NCBI GenBank assembly: GCA_964501785.1
Contig: CAZCUD010000007.1
Span: 107,409-171,408, forward strand
Reading direction: 5' to 3'
DNA from: an uncultured Bifidobacteriaceae bacterium
Lineage (GTDB): Bacteria > Actinomycetota > Acidimicrobiia > IMCC26256 > PALSA-555
Length of the DNA: 64,000 nucleotides
Shown: positions 1 to 8,941 of the stretch, piece after piece
Layout of the letters: every line of letters starts with the position of its first letter
Position numbering within the stretch: the first letter of the stretch is position 1
Translations under genes and position numbers: made by a program
Notes under the pieces: model-generated
The model's database searches: none
Told to the model about the DNA's origin: nothing
What the model saw: the letters and a program-made list of their open reading frames with translations, nothing else

Positions 1-877
1 CCGGCACGAAGAACACGACGACCAGCAGCAGCCATCCCGGGAGCGTGGCCACCGCCGCCCGCCAGCCGCGCAGGCGGCGAGGTTCGAGCGCGTCGCCGCG
101 CGCGAGCGACTGCTGATAGCGCGCGCGGCCGCGCAGCAGTCGCTCGATGGTGACGATCATGAGGGTGAGCGTGAGCAGCACGGTCGCGAGCTGGAGGCCG
201 GCCGCCTCGTCGAAGGCACCGTTCCACACCCGGTAGATCGAGCTCGTCAGTGCCTGGACCCCGAGCAGGTTGACGGTGCCGAAGTCGGCCAGGGCCTCCA
301 TCACCGCCAGTGCCGCGCCGGCCGCGAGCGCGGGCCGGGCGAGCGGGACGGCGACGCGCCACACGCTTGCGGCGTAGGTGCGGCCGAGCGAACGGGACGC
401 CTCCATCGTCTGGCGCGACTGACCCAGGAAGGCGCTGCGGCCGAGCACGTACACGTAGGGGTAGAGGACCGCGGTGAGGATGCAGATCGCGCCGAACGTG
501 CTACGGATGCCCGGGATCTCGAGGCCTCCGCCGAAGATGTTCGACTGGAGCGGGCTGGCGACGCCGTACTGGCCGAGCACGACGAACACCAGGACGTACC
601 CGGGCATCGCCATCGGCAGCACCAGCGCCCAGTCGAGGAGCCGGCGTCCGGGGAAGTCGTAGAACGAGATCAGCACCGCGAGCCCGCCGCCGACCACGAG
701 CGTCCCGAGGCCGACGCCCGCGGCGAGGACGATGCTGGTGCCGAGCGCGTCGGGCAGCAGGGTCCGCGCGATCGCGTCCATGCCGAAGCCGTCGTCGAAG
801 AAGCTCGCGGGGAGCGCGAGCAGAGGGGCGACGAAGAGCACCGCGATGACCGCGATGAGCACCCGCCACCCGGTCAC
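1..877 (-). CDS. ABC transporter permease, iron(III)/FbpB-like; N-terminal part only (gene runs off the left edge)
   Basis: Absent from the ORF track because there is no stop in the window. Hand translation of the minus strand from GTG at 877 gives VTGWRVLIAVIAVLFVAPLL...MEASRSLGRTYAASVWRVAVPLARPALAAGAALAVMEALADFGTV, an EAA-type permease loop. Several hydrophobic helices. Lies directly downstream of the binding-protein gene. Confidence 0.75.
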   Translation of the reverse strand, partial: MTGWRVLIAVIAVLFVAPLLALPASFFDDGFGMDAIARTLLPDALGTSIVLAAGVGLGTLVVGGGLAVLISFYDFPGRRLLDWALVLPMAMPGYVLVFVVLGQYGVASPLQSNIFGGGLEIPGIRSTFGAICILTAVLYPYVYVLGRSAFLGQSRQTMEASRSLGRTYAASVWRVAVPLARPALAAGAALAVMEALADFGTVNLLGVQALTSSIYRVWNGAFDEAAGLQLATVLLTLTLMIVTIERLLRGRARYQQSLARGDALEPRRLRGWRAAVATLPGWLLLVVVFFVP

Positions 878-945
878 GCGCGAGCCGCGGCCGGGGGTCG
901 CGGGGTGCTCCGGCGCCGGAGCCGACGGAGGGGCGTGCGCGATGG

Positions 946-1977
946 TCAGCTCCAGCCGACCTCGAGCATGAGCGCGATCGCCTCGTCGAGCAGCGGGCCC
1001 GCTCGTTGCACGTCGATGGGGTCGACCGTGACGTCCGCCCAGTCGCGGATGTGCTTCGCGGGCGCGACCGCTTCGTTGGCGGCGAACTCGCTGCCGGAGA
1101 CGAACTCCTGCTGGGGTCCGGCCGACGTGAGGAACTCGAGCAGCCGGATCGCGTCCTTGCGGTGATCCGACCACGTCACCACGCCCGCCCCGGACAGGTT
1201 GGCGTGCGCGCCGGCACCGTCCTGGTCGGGCCATGCGGGTGCGACCGGGAAGTCAGGGTCCTCGAGGAGGGCGCGGCCCAGGTAGTAGTGGTTGCTCAAG
1301 CCCACGTCGCACTCGCCCGACGCGATCACCGCCAGCATCTCGCCGTCGGAGTTGAGGATCTCGGGCTCGTTGGCCATCCACGACCGCAGGAGCGCCTCGG
1401 TCGCGTCGCGGCCGCGCTTGGCGATCATGTCGGCGACGAGCGATTGGTTGTACTCGTTGTTCGACGTGCGCAGGCACAGGCGTCCCTTGTAGCGGGGGTC
1501 GCCCAGGTCCTCGTAGCTCGTCACCTCGCCCTCGGGGACGCGCTCCGTCGAGACGACGGGGACCCGCAGCCTCGTCGTGAGGGCCCACCAGCGCCCGTCC
1601 GGGTCGTGCAGCTCCACGGGCACGTTGGCCTCGAGCTCCGGGGTCGTCGAGCGCTGGAGGAGGCCGGCCTCCTCGGCCCGCCAGAGGTTCGCGAGGTCGG
1701 TGGTGACGAGCACGTCGGCCGGTGTGTCCTCGCCCTCCTGACGGAGTCGCTCGTACAGCTCCGGCCCGGTGCCGCCGCGCAGCACGACCTCGATGCCGGT
1801 CGCCTCCTCGAAGTCGCGGAACACCTGCTCGTCGCCGTAGTGGGAGCGGCCGTTGTAGACGACGATCGAGTCGCCGTCGTCGGCCGAGCCCAGCAGCGCC
1901 ACCGCCACGATCACGATCACGATCACCAGGGCGGCGACGGGAAGGGGCCAACGGCGGCGGATCAGCTGGGAGAGCAA
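946..1977 (-). CDS. ABC transporter substrate-binding protein, iron(III) (FbpA/AfuA-like)
   Basis: C-terminal 344 aa of ORF 946..2535. Signal-anchor RRRWPLPVAALVIVIVIVAVALLG is followed by a periplasmic-binding fold sequence (SIVVYNGRSHYGDE...VLVTTDLANLW...GLSNHYYLGR). Start chosen at in-frame TTG 1977; the upstream part of the ORF is Arg/Pro junk antisense to the ATPase gene. Confidence 0.8.
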   Translation of the reverse strand: MLSQLIRRRWPLPVAALVIVIVIVAVALLGSADDGDSIVVYNGRSHYGDEQVFRDFEEATGIEVVLRGGTGPELYERLRQEGEDTPADVLVTTDLANLWRAEEAGLLQRSTTPELEANVPVELHDPDGRWWALTTRLRVPVVSTERVPEGEVTSYEDLGDPRYKGRLCLRTSNNEYNQSLVADMIAKRGRDATEALLRSWMANEPEILNSDGEMLAVIASGECDVGLSNHYYLGRALLEDPDFPVAPAWPDQDGAGAHANLSGAGVVTWSDHRKDAIRLLEFLTSAGPQQEFVSGSEFAANEAVAPAKHIRDWADVTVDPIDVQRAGPLLDEAIALMLEVGWS

Positions 1978-2014
1978 CGGGTCCTCGATCTCCGTTCGGC
2001 GCCGAGCGCTGGGG

Positions 2015-2033
2015 TCTTGTGAGGCTGACCTGA
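2015..2033. promoter_or_regulatory. Candidate IdeR/DtxR-type iron box in the divergent promoter of the iron ABC genes (weak)
   Basis: tcttgtgaggctgacctga matches about 12/19 positions of the TTAGGTTAGGCTAACCTAA consensus; the right half AGGCTgACCTgA matches well. It sits between the divergent binding-protein and ATPase genes. Confidence 0.25.
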
Positions 2034-2142
2034 GTCGGCAGTGTATCGTTCGACCTGGCGGAGCCGACCGTCGAGGCCCGGTGGGGCCCCCGGCGGTCGG
2101 GTCCGACCACCGACCATCCCGATCGACGTGAGGAGACGGCTC

Positions 2143-3219
2143 GTGGCAGAGCCGCTCGCAATCGAGGTCGTCGACGTCGACAAGGACTTCGGCGCGACCC
2201 ACGCCGTCGCCGGCGCGAGCCTCGGCGTGCCCCGGGGCTCGCTCGTCGCGCTGCTCGGACCGAGCGGCTCGGGCAAGACCACCTTGCTGCGCCTCATCGC
2301 CGGCTTCGAGGCGCCCGATCGCGGCACCGTCGCGATCGGCGGACGACTGGTCGCGGGGGACGGCGCCTGGGAGGAGCCCGAGCGCCGGCGCATCGGGATG
2401 GTCTTCCAGGACGGGGCGCTGTTCCCGCACCTCACGGTGGCCGCGAACGTCGGCTTCGGCGACGCGTCGAAGGAGCGGGTGCGGGAGTGCCTCGCGCTGG
2501 TCGGGCTCGCCGACCGGTCGTCGTCCTACCCGCACGAGCTCTCGGGCGGTGAGCGTCAGCGGGTGGCGCTCGCCCGCGCCCTCGCGCCCGAGCCCGAGGT
2601 GATCCTGCTCGACGAGCCCTTCGCCTCGCTCGACGCGGGTCTACGACTCGGCCTCCGCGAGGACGTGGCGCGCATCCTGCGCGACGCCGGCGCGAGCGCG
2701 CTGCTCGTGACGCACGACCAGCAGGAGGCGCTGTCGCTCGCCGACCACGTCGCGGTGATGCGCGCGGGGCGGGTCGAGCAGATCGGCACGCCCGAAGACC
2801 TGTACGCGTATCCCCGCACACGATGGGTCGCCGAGTTCCTGGGTGAGGCGGAGGTGTTCACCGGCACGGTCGCCGACGGGGTCGTCGAGTGCGAGCTCGG
2901 GCGCTTCCCCGCTCCCGAGGGGGAGGGCGGCGGGGGGTCGGTGGAGGTCGTCGTGCGACCCGAGGTGCTCGTGCTCGACCGCGTCAACGGCGCGCCGCTC
3001 GTCGACGGCGTCCCGGCGCGCGTGGTGGGTGGCTCGTTCTACGGGCACGACCAGGTCGTGCTCCTCGAGCTCGCCAGCGGGCGTCGGGTGCGCAGCCGGA
3101 GCCTCGGCTCCCAACGATGGCGCCCGGGCGACGACGTGCGGATCCGCGTGGACGGCCCGGTCACGACCGTCGCGGCCGAGCGCGAGGTCTCGATGGCCGA
3201 CGGCGGGGAGCCGAGCTGA
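2143..3219 (+). CDS. ABC transporter ATP-binding protein (FbpC/PotA-like, with C-terminal TOBE-like domain)
   Basis: Walker A GPSGSGKTT, signature LSGGERQRVALARAL, Walker B VILLDEPFASLD. Start at GTG 2143, preceded by aggaga at 2131. Confidence 0.9.
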   Translation: MAEPLAIEVVDVDKDFGATHAVAGASLGVPRGSLVALLGPSGSGKTTLLRLIAGFEAPDRGTVAIGGRLVAGDGAWEEPERRRIGMVFQDGALFPHLTVAANVGFGDASKERVRECLALVGLADRSSSYPHELSGGERQRVALARALAPEPEVILLDEPFASLDAGLRLGLREDVARILRDAGASALLVTHDQQEALSLADHVAVMRAGRVEQIGTPEDLYAYPRTRWVAEFLGEAEVFTGTVADGVVECELGRFPAPEGEGGGGSVEVVVRPEVLVLDRVNGAPLVDGVPARVVGGSFYGHDQVVLLELASGRRVRSRSLGSQRWRPGDDVRIRVDGPVTTVAAEREVSMADGGEPS

Positions 3220-3233
3220 GACCAGCTCCGCGG

Positions 3234-4637
3234 GTGGGTGCACGGCTGCGTGCGCCCGCCCTCGTCGTCGGTGCGTGCGTCGCGATCTCGGTCGCGCTGC
3301 TCGCCGTCCCGGCCGCGCTCGCGTACGACCCCTGGGCCTGGCTCGTGTGGGGTCGCGAGGTGCTCCACCTCGATCTCGACACGGTCGGCGGCCCGTCGTG
3401 GAAGCCGCTGCCGGTGCTCGCGACGACGCCGCTCGCGCTCTTCGGCGACGCGGCCCCGACGCTGTGGCTCGTCGTGGCGCGCACGGGCGGTCTCCTGGCC
3501 GTCGTCGGGGTCTTCCAGCTCGCTCGGCGCCTCGCAGGCCCGGTCGCCGGCGTCGTCGCATCGGTCGCGCTGGTCCTCTCACCCGACGCGGGGCCCCGGT
3601 TCGTCCGCCTGGTGCTCGAAGGGCACAGCGCACCGCTGACCGCGGCGCTCGCGGTCTGGGCGATCGAGCGGCACCTCGCCGGCAAGCATGCCGCCGCGCT
3701 GGTGCTCGGCACCCTGCTCGCGCTCGACCGGCCCGAGGCGTGGCCGTTCCTCGGGCTCTACGTGGTGTGGATCTGGCGCCGCGAGGCCCGTCTGCGCGTC
3801 CTCGCGGGCAGCTGCATCGCGATCGTGGGCGTCCTGTGGCTGGGTGGGGACTGGTGGGGATCGGGCAGCCCGCTGCACGGGGCCGACTCCGCGCGCGTGC
3901 TGGCCGACGACCAGGACCGGGTCGTCGACGGCCTCCGGCGCGTCGGGGAGGTCGTCGTGGTCCCGGCCTGGTTCGCGGCGGCCGTCGCAGTGATCGACGC
4001 GGCGCGCCGACGAGACCCGGTGCCGATCGCGTTGGGCGTCGGCGCCCTCGCCTGGTTCGCGCTCGTCGTCGGGATGGGCGCCGCGCTCGGCTACGCGGCG
4101 CTCAGCCGCTTCCTCCTCCCCGGCGCCGCGCTGCTGTGCGTGCTCGCCGGCGTCGGGGTCGTGCGCGCGTACGAGTCGGTCGTCGCGCGGCGCAACCGGG
4201 TGGCGACGGTCGTGGCGGTCGCCGCCGCGGTGCTCGCGCTCGGATTCGTGGGTCTTCGGGCACGGGGCATCGGCGGCCAGGTCGACGAGGTCACCGAACG
4301 GGCGCCGGTCGTCGACGGGCTCGACGACGCGATCGCGGCGGCGGGCGGGGACGCCGCCGTCGACGCGTGTCCGACCGTCGCCGTCGAGCACCCGTCCGTT
4401 CCCCGCATCGCGGCGGTCTGGAAGCTGGGGGTCGCGCTCGGCGACGTGCGCGGGCGACTGGGTCGGGACGACGGCGTGGTGCTGGTCCGGGCCGGTCACC
4501 GGCCCGTGGTGCCGCGGGGCGCGGCCGCGCCCCGGCTGGTCCGGCGGGGTGCCGAGTGGGACGTGTGGGTCCGCAGCTGCCGACCGGAGCCGGGGCGTGC
4601 CGCCGCGTCGACATCGACTCAGGTATACCTCACCTAA
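3234..4637 (+). CDS. Polytopic membrane protein, GT-C-fold glycosyltransferase-like
   Basis: In-frame GTG 3234 within ORF 2889..4637. About 10 or more hydrophobic helices. Acidic first-loop motif AYDPWAWLVWGREVLHLDLDT is typical of polyprenyl-phosphate-sugar dependent GT-C enzymes. A soluble C-terminal domain of about 120 aa follows. Confidence 0.6.
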   Translation: MGARLRAPALVVGACVAISVALLAVPAALAYDPWAWLVWGREVLHLDLDTVGGPSWKPLPVLATTPLALFGDAAPTLWLVVARTGGLLAVVGVFQLARRLAGPVAGVVASVALVLSPDAGPRFVRLVLEGHSAPLTAALAVWAIERHLAGKHAAALVLGTLLALDRPEAWPFLGLYVVWIWRREARLRVLAGSCIAIVGVLWLGGDWWGSGSPLHGADSARVLADDQDRVVDGLRRVGEVVVVPAWFAAAVAVIDAARRRDPVPIALGVGALAWFALVVGMGAALGYAALSRFLLPGAALLCVLAGVGVVRAYESVVARRNRVATVVAVAAAVLALGFVGLRARGIGGQVDEVTERAPVVDGLDDAIAAAGGDAAVDACPTVAVEHPSVPRIAAVWKLGVALGDVRGRLGRDDGVVLVRAGHRPVVPRGAAAPRLVRRGAEWDVWVRSCRPEPGRAAASTSTQVYLT

Positions 4638-4651
4638 TATGCTCACGGCCC

Positions 4652-5617
4652 GTGACCACCCTGTCCGTCGTCGTCCCCGCCACGGACGACCCGCCCACGC
4701 TCGCCCGGTGCCTGGCGGCGCTCGCCGGCGCCGACGAGCCCGCCGACGAGGTCCTGGTCGTCGCGGACCCGGTCGAGCTCTCGGCGGCGGGGGCGCGCAA
4801 CGCCGGCGCCCGCTCGGCGACCGGTGACGTGGTCGTCTTCGTCGACGCCGACGTGGAGGTCCACCGCGACGCGCTCGGTCGGATCCGGGCCGCCTTCGAC
4901 GCGGACGCCGACCTGGTCGCCGTGTACGGCTCGTACGACGACGCTCCCGGGGTGCCGACCACGGTGTCGACGTTCCGGAACCTCCTCCACCACCACGTGC
5001 ACCACGAGGGTGCGGGGTCGGCCGAGACGTTCTGGTCGGGCCTGGGCGCGGTGCGGCGCCGGGCGTTCGTCGCGGTCGGCGGGTTCGACGAGCACCGCTA
5101 TCCGCATCCCTCCATCGAGGACATCGAGCTCGGTCGGCGCCTCCGAGACAGCGGTGCTCCGATCGTCCTCGATCCCGCGATCCAGGGGAAGCACCTCAAG
5201 GCCTGGACGCTGCGCTCGATGCTGTGGACCGACTTCGCCCGGCGCGGAGTGCCCTGGGTCGCGCTCCAGGTGCGTGAACGTCGGCTGTCGTCGACGCTCA
5301 ACCTCGGGTGGCGTCACCGCCTGTGCGCCATGGCGTGCGTGCTGGGCGTGCTCGGAGCGGTGCTCATCCATCCGTTCTGGCTCTTCGCGACGATCGCCAC
5401 GCTCTGCGCGCTCAACGCCGCCTTCTACTCGCTGCTCGTCCGTCGCCAGGGTCCGCTGCGCGCCGCGGCCGGTGTCGGCCTCCACGCGATGCACTACCTC
5501 GTGGCGGTCGCCGCGGTGCCCGTGGGGATCGTGCACGCGATGAGCGGCCAGGTCGCGACTGCTCGCTGGCGCCGTCGCATCAGCACCGCGGCGGTGGACC
5601 CGTCGCTCGTCGAATGA
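4652..5617 (+). CDS. GT2 family glycosyltransferase with C-terminal transmembrane helices
   Basis: Last 321 aa of ORF 2843..5617 from GTG 4652. SVVVPATDDPPTL...ARNAGARSATGDVVVFVDADVEV shows a GT-A fold with DxD. The C-terminal region HRLCAMACVLGVLGAVLIHPFWLFATIATL is hydrophobic. Confidence 0.85.
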   Translation: MTTLSVVVPATDDPPTLARCLAALAGADEPADEVLVVADPVELSAAGARNAGARSATGDVVVFVDADVEVHRDALGRIRAAFDADADLVAVYGSYDDAPGVPTTVSTFRNLLHHHVHHEGAGSAETFWSGLGAVRRRAFVAVGGFDEHRYPHPSIEDIELGRRLRDSGAPIVLDPAIQGKHLKAWTLRSMLWTDFARRGVPWVALQVRERRLSSTLNLGWRHRLCAMACVLGVLGAVLIHPFWLFATIATLCALNAAFYSLLVRRQGPLRAAAGVGLHAMHYLVAVAAVPVGIVHAMSGQVATARWRRRISTAAVDPSLVE

Positions 5618-6582
5618 GCGCGTCGGTGGTGCGCCTCGGGCTCGTCGGGTGTGGCCGTCTCGCGGAGCAGGCGTACGTGCCGGCCGCGACGCGCGTCGAC
5701 GGCCTCCGGATCGTCGCGGTCGCGGATCCCGACGCGGGGCGGCGCGCGCTGCTCGCGTCCCTCGTCGGGCACGCGAACGGCCCGTGCGCGGGCTACACCG
5801 GTGCCGCCGAGCTCGTCTCCAGTGCCGAGGTCGACGCGGTCGTCGTCGCCAGCCCCGTCGGCGCGCACGTGGCCGACGCCCGGATCGTGGCCGGTGCCGG
5901 CCTGCCGGCGCTCGTCGAGAAGCCCCCGGCGCCCGACGCCGCGGCGACGCGCGAGCTCGCTGCGCTCGATCCCGCGCCGTGGTTCGGGTTCAACCGTCGC
6001 TTCGATCCGGGTGCCCGGCGCGTCCGCGACCGTCTCCCCGCGTCGGCCGACCTGGATCTGCGACTCGAGATCGCCTACCGCCGCCGGAGCTGGAACGCGG
6101 TGGCCGTCCACGACGATGCGCTCCTCGATCTCGGCCCTCACCTGATCGACTGGGCGCGCTGGCTGACGGGTGCGGCCGTCGTCTCGGTCGCTCGAGCCTC
6201 GGTGGCTCGCGAGCGGGCGACGTTCGAGCTCGGCCTCGAACGTGGTCGGGCACGCATCACCGCGGCCACCGATCGCTCGCACCGCGAGCTGCTCGAGGTG
6301 CGCGCGGCGGGCACGCGCCTCGGACGCCATCGCCTCGGCGGCCCGGTGGCGGCCGGCCTGGGCCGCCTCCGCCGCGGCCCGCATCCGCTCGTCACGACCA
6401 TGACGGCCCAGTTCGAGACGCTCGCGCACGCGGTGCGAGGGGGCGGTCCCGGCGACCTCGGCACGGTCGGCGACGCGGTCGAGACGATGACCGCGATCGG
6501 CGTCGTGCGCGAGAGCGCGGCCGCCGATGGCGCGACGATCTCCTTGCCCGGTCGCTCGGTGCCCGAAGGAGTGAGGTCCTGA
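5614..6582 (+). CDS. Gfo/Idh/MocA family oxidoreductase
   Basis: ATG 5614 overlaps the upstream stop (ATGA). N-terminal Rossmann sequence RLGLVGCGRLAEQAYVPA...DAVVVASPVGAHV...ALVEKP. Confidence 0.8.
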   Translation: MSASVVRLGLVGCGRLAEQAYVPAATRVDGLRIVAVADPDAGRRALLASLVGHANGPCAGYTGAAELVSSAEVDAVVVASPVGAHVADARIVAGAGLPALVEKPPAPDAAATRELAALDPAPWFGFNRRFDPGARRVRDRLPASADLDLRLEIAYRRRSWNAVAVHDDALLDLGPHLIDWARWLTGAAVVSVARASVARERATFELGLERGRARITAATDRSHRELLEVRAAGTRLGRHRLGGPVAAGLGRLRRGPHPLVTTMTAQFETLAHAVRGGGPGDLGTVGDAVETMTAIGVVRESAAADGATISLPGRSVPEGVRS

Positions 6583-8117
6583 TGCTCGCGATCCTCCAGT
6601 TCGACGCCGCCAGCGTGTCGGTGCTGCATCGCCTGCTCGACGCCGGCCGACTGCCGACGGTCGCGCGGCTGCGCGACGCGGGTGAGTGGCACGAGCTCGA
6701 CGCGCCGGCGACCCGGTTCGCGGCCGGCGCGCAGCACACGCTCTACAGCGGGGTGCCGGTCGAGGATCACGGGCTCTTCTACCCGTTCCAGTGGTCGCCG
6801 ACCGAGCAGCGCGTCCACTACATGGGCGCCTTCGACGCGCCGAAGCCCGTGTGGGAGCAGCTGCGCCCGGCCGGTGCCCGAACCCTCGCGATCGACCCCT
6901 ACGAGAGCCGGCCGCCCGAGGTCGCACCCCCCGGCACGCTCGTGTGCGGCTGGCAGCTGCACGACCGGGTGGTGCTCCAACGCTGGGCGAGCCCCGACGC
7001 GACCCGGTCGCGCCTCGAGCGGCTCTTCGGCGCGTCGGCGCCCGTCGACGAGGTGTTCGGACAGCACACCGCGAACGAGATGCTCGGCCTGCGCCGACGA
7101 CTCCTCGGCGCGCCGGCCCGTGTGGCCGACGCCGCCGCGGTGCTGCTCGGTGACGAGCCGTACGACCTGGCCTGGCTGACGTTCTGTGCCGCCCACGTCG
7201 CCGGTCACCAGTTCTGGGACCTGTCGCAGCTCGATCCCGACGGCCTCGACGCCGACGCCGCACGCGCGCTCGGGTCGACGTTGGACGACGTGTACGTCGC
7301 GATCGACGCCGCGATTGCCCGCATCCTCGCCTCGCTGCCCCCGGGTACCGACGTGATGCTCATCTCGCCGGTCGGGATGGACGAGAACACGAGCCGAGCC
7401 GACCTGCTGCCCGGGATGCTGCAGGCGATCCTCGATCCGAAGCCCGAGCGCGACGACGGCACCGGCAGCCCGATCTGGCGACTTCGGTCGATGCTCCCCG
7501 TCGGGCTCCGGTCACGCGTCGCGAACGCGCTCCCGGCCCGGACCGCGCTGGACCTGACCGCCCGTCTCGAGGGGCGCGGTGTCGACTGGCGCACGACCAG
7601 GGCGTTCGCGCACCCGGCCGAGAACCAGGGCTACGTGCGCCTCAACCTGCGGGGCCGGGAGCGGGACGGGATCGTGGCCCCTGAGGAGGCCGACGCCCTG
7701 CTCGACGAGATCGCCACCGGGTTGCGCACCTTCACCGACCTCGACGGGCACCCGGCGGTGGCGAGCATCGAGCGCGTCGCGGACCGCTTCGGCGCCGGCG
7801 CTCGGGCCGAGCTGCTCCCCGACCTCGTGGTCCGGTGGACCCCCCGGCAGGCCACGAGCGTGACCGGGGTCCGATCGGAGCGCTTCGGGACCGTGCACCG
7901 GCGGGGCGTCGGGAGCGGTCGCTCGGGCAACCACACCGAGGGCGACGCGTGGGCGCTCGTGGTTCCGGGTCGGTCGCAGCCGAGCTCGCTGGATCGGAGC
8001 CCGCGCCTCGAGGACGTCGCTGCGACGGCGATCGCGATCGCCGGCGGCGACGCGAGCGCCATGGTCGGGACGCCGCTGCTCGAGCCCGCTCAGTCGCTGG
8101 CCCGAGCGGCCACGTAG
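6582..8117 (+). CDS. Alkaline phosphatase / nucleotide pyrophosphatase (type I phosphodiesterase) superfamily protein
   Basis: ATG 6582 overlaps the upstream stop (TGATG). Overall AlkP-core-like sequence (MLAILQFDAAS...ISPVGMDENTS...GNHTEGDAWALVVPG). No signal peptide seen. Confidence 0.6.
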   Translation: MLAILQFDAASVSVLHRLLDAGRLPTVARLRDAGEWHELDAPATRFAAGAQHTLYSGVPVEDHGLFYPFQWSPTEQRVHYMGAFDAPKPVWEQLRPAGARTLAIDPYESRPPEVAPPGTLVCGWQLHDRVVLQRWASPDATRSRLERLFGASAPVDEVFGQHTANEMLGLRRRLLGAPARVADAAAVLLGDEPYDLAWLTFCAAHVAGHQFWDLSQLDPDGLDADAARALGSTLDDVYVAIDAAIARILASLPPGTDVMLISPVGMDENTSRADLLPGMLQAILDPKPERDDGTGSPIWRLRSMLPVGLRSRVANALPARTALDLTARLEGRGVDWRTTRAFAHPAENQGYVRLNLRGRERDGIVAPEEADALLDEIATGLRTFTDLDGHPAVASIERVADRFGAGARAELLPDLVVRWTPRQATSVTGVRSERFGTVHRRGVGSGRSGNHTEGDAWALVVPGRSQPSSLDRSPRLEDVAATAIAIAGGDASAMVGTPLLEPAQSLARAAT

Positions 8118-8941
8118 CCGCCGGCGACACCGGTCGCGGTCGCCACCTGCGCGAGGAGCACGAGCGCGCCGACGCGGGGACCCTGGGCGAAGCCCTTCCG
8201 CACGAGCGACCCGTAGAACGCCGGCGACTGGAGACGCTCACCGGCCGGGCGGCGCCGGTGCACCTGGTGGGCGCCGCGCCCGTAGCGCACCTGCTGGTGC
8301 CAGAAGTCGCTGAGCGAGAGGTCGGGGTGGTGCGCGACGACGGCCTGCGCCTCGTAGGCGATCTCGATGCCGCGCTCGCCGACCCGGCGACACCACTCCC
8401 GGTCCTCGCCCGCGGCGAGCGGGAAGTCGTCGTCGAAGGGCACGGCCGCGAGCAGCATCGTGCGACACGCGAGGTTGCTCGTGGGAGCGAAGCGGACCGT
8501 GCCGCGAGTCGCGTCCAGCGACGACTCGACGAGGTGGTTCGTCACGGTCTGCGCGGCGCGCTCGATCACCGATCCCGGGTTCCCGACGCGGGTCGGACCG
8601 GCGATCACCTCGGCGCCCGTTCGGTGGCACGCCTCGAGTCGGGCGAGCCAGCCGGGCAGGGGTCGACAGTCGTCGTCGGTGAAGCACACCAGCTCGGCGG
8701 TCGCCTCGGCCGCGCCCCGGTTCCGAGCCGCGGCCGGTCCTCGCCCGAGCTCGCGAACGAGTCGAGCACGTGGCGCGCGCGCCACGACGGCCGCCACCGC
8801 CGACGTGTCCTCGGAGCCGTCGTCGACGACCACCACCTCGAAGGTCGGGCCGTGCTGGGCCTCGATCGCGACGAGGCACTCGGCGAGCGCGGCGGGTCGG
8901 TCGCGGGTCGGCACGACCACCGAGACGTCGGGGGCGCTCAT
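8090..8941 (-). CDS. GT2 family glycosyltransferase
   Basis: MSAPDVSVVVPTRDRPAALAECL...VVVVDDGSED...FTDDDCRP (DxD). ATG 8941 overlaps the flippase stop. Its 3' end overlaps the convergent gene by 28 nt. Confidence 0.85.
   Translation of the reverse strand: MSAPDVSVVVPTRDRPAALAECLVAIEAQHGPTFEVVVVDDGSEDTSAVAAVVARAPRARLVRELGRGPAAARNRGAAEATAELVCFTDDDCRPLPGWLARLEACHRTGAEVIAGPTRVGNPGSVIERAAQTVTNHLVESSLDATRGTVRFAPTSNLACRTMLLAAVPFDDDFPLAAGEDREWCRRVGERGIEIAYEAQAVVAHHPDLSLSDFWHQQVRYGRGAHQVHRRRPAGERLQSPAFYGSLVRKGFAQGPRVGALVLLAQVATATGVAGGYVAARASD

Noticed and set aside
2843-4651. The N-terminal ~600 aa of the 924-aa ORF 2843..5617, which would suggest a giant fusion protein.
   Set aside because: That part is an out-of-frame read through the ABC ATPase and GT-C genes and is Arg/Ala-rich junk. 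Only the last 321 aa, from GTG 4652, show GT2 motifs and proper codon bias.
5494-7263. Long alternative-frame or antisense ORFs. Examples are 5494..7263 (-), 16326..18428 (-), 22237..24666 (-), 48923..51145 (-), 61831..63987 (-) and 8770..10857 (+).
   Set aside because: All overlap genes with clear family motifs in another frame or strand. All translate to Arg/Pro/Gly/Ala-rich sequence without domains. They are high-GC artefacts.
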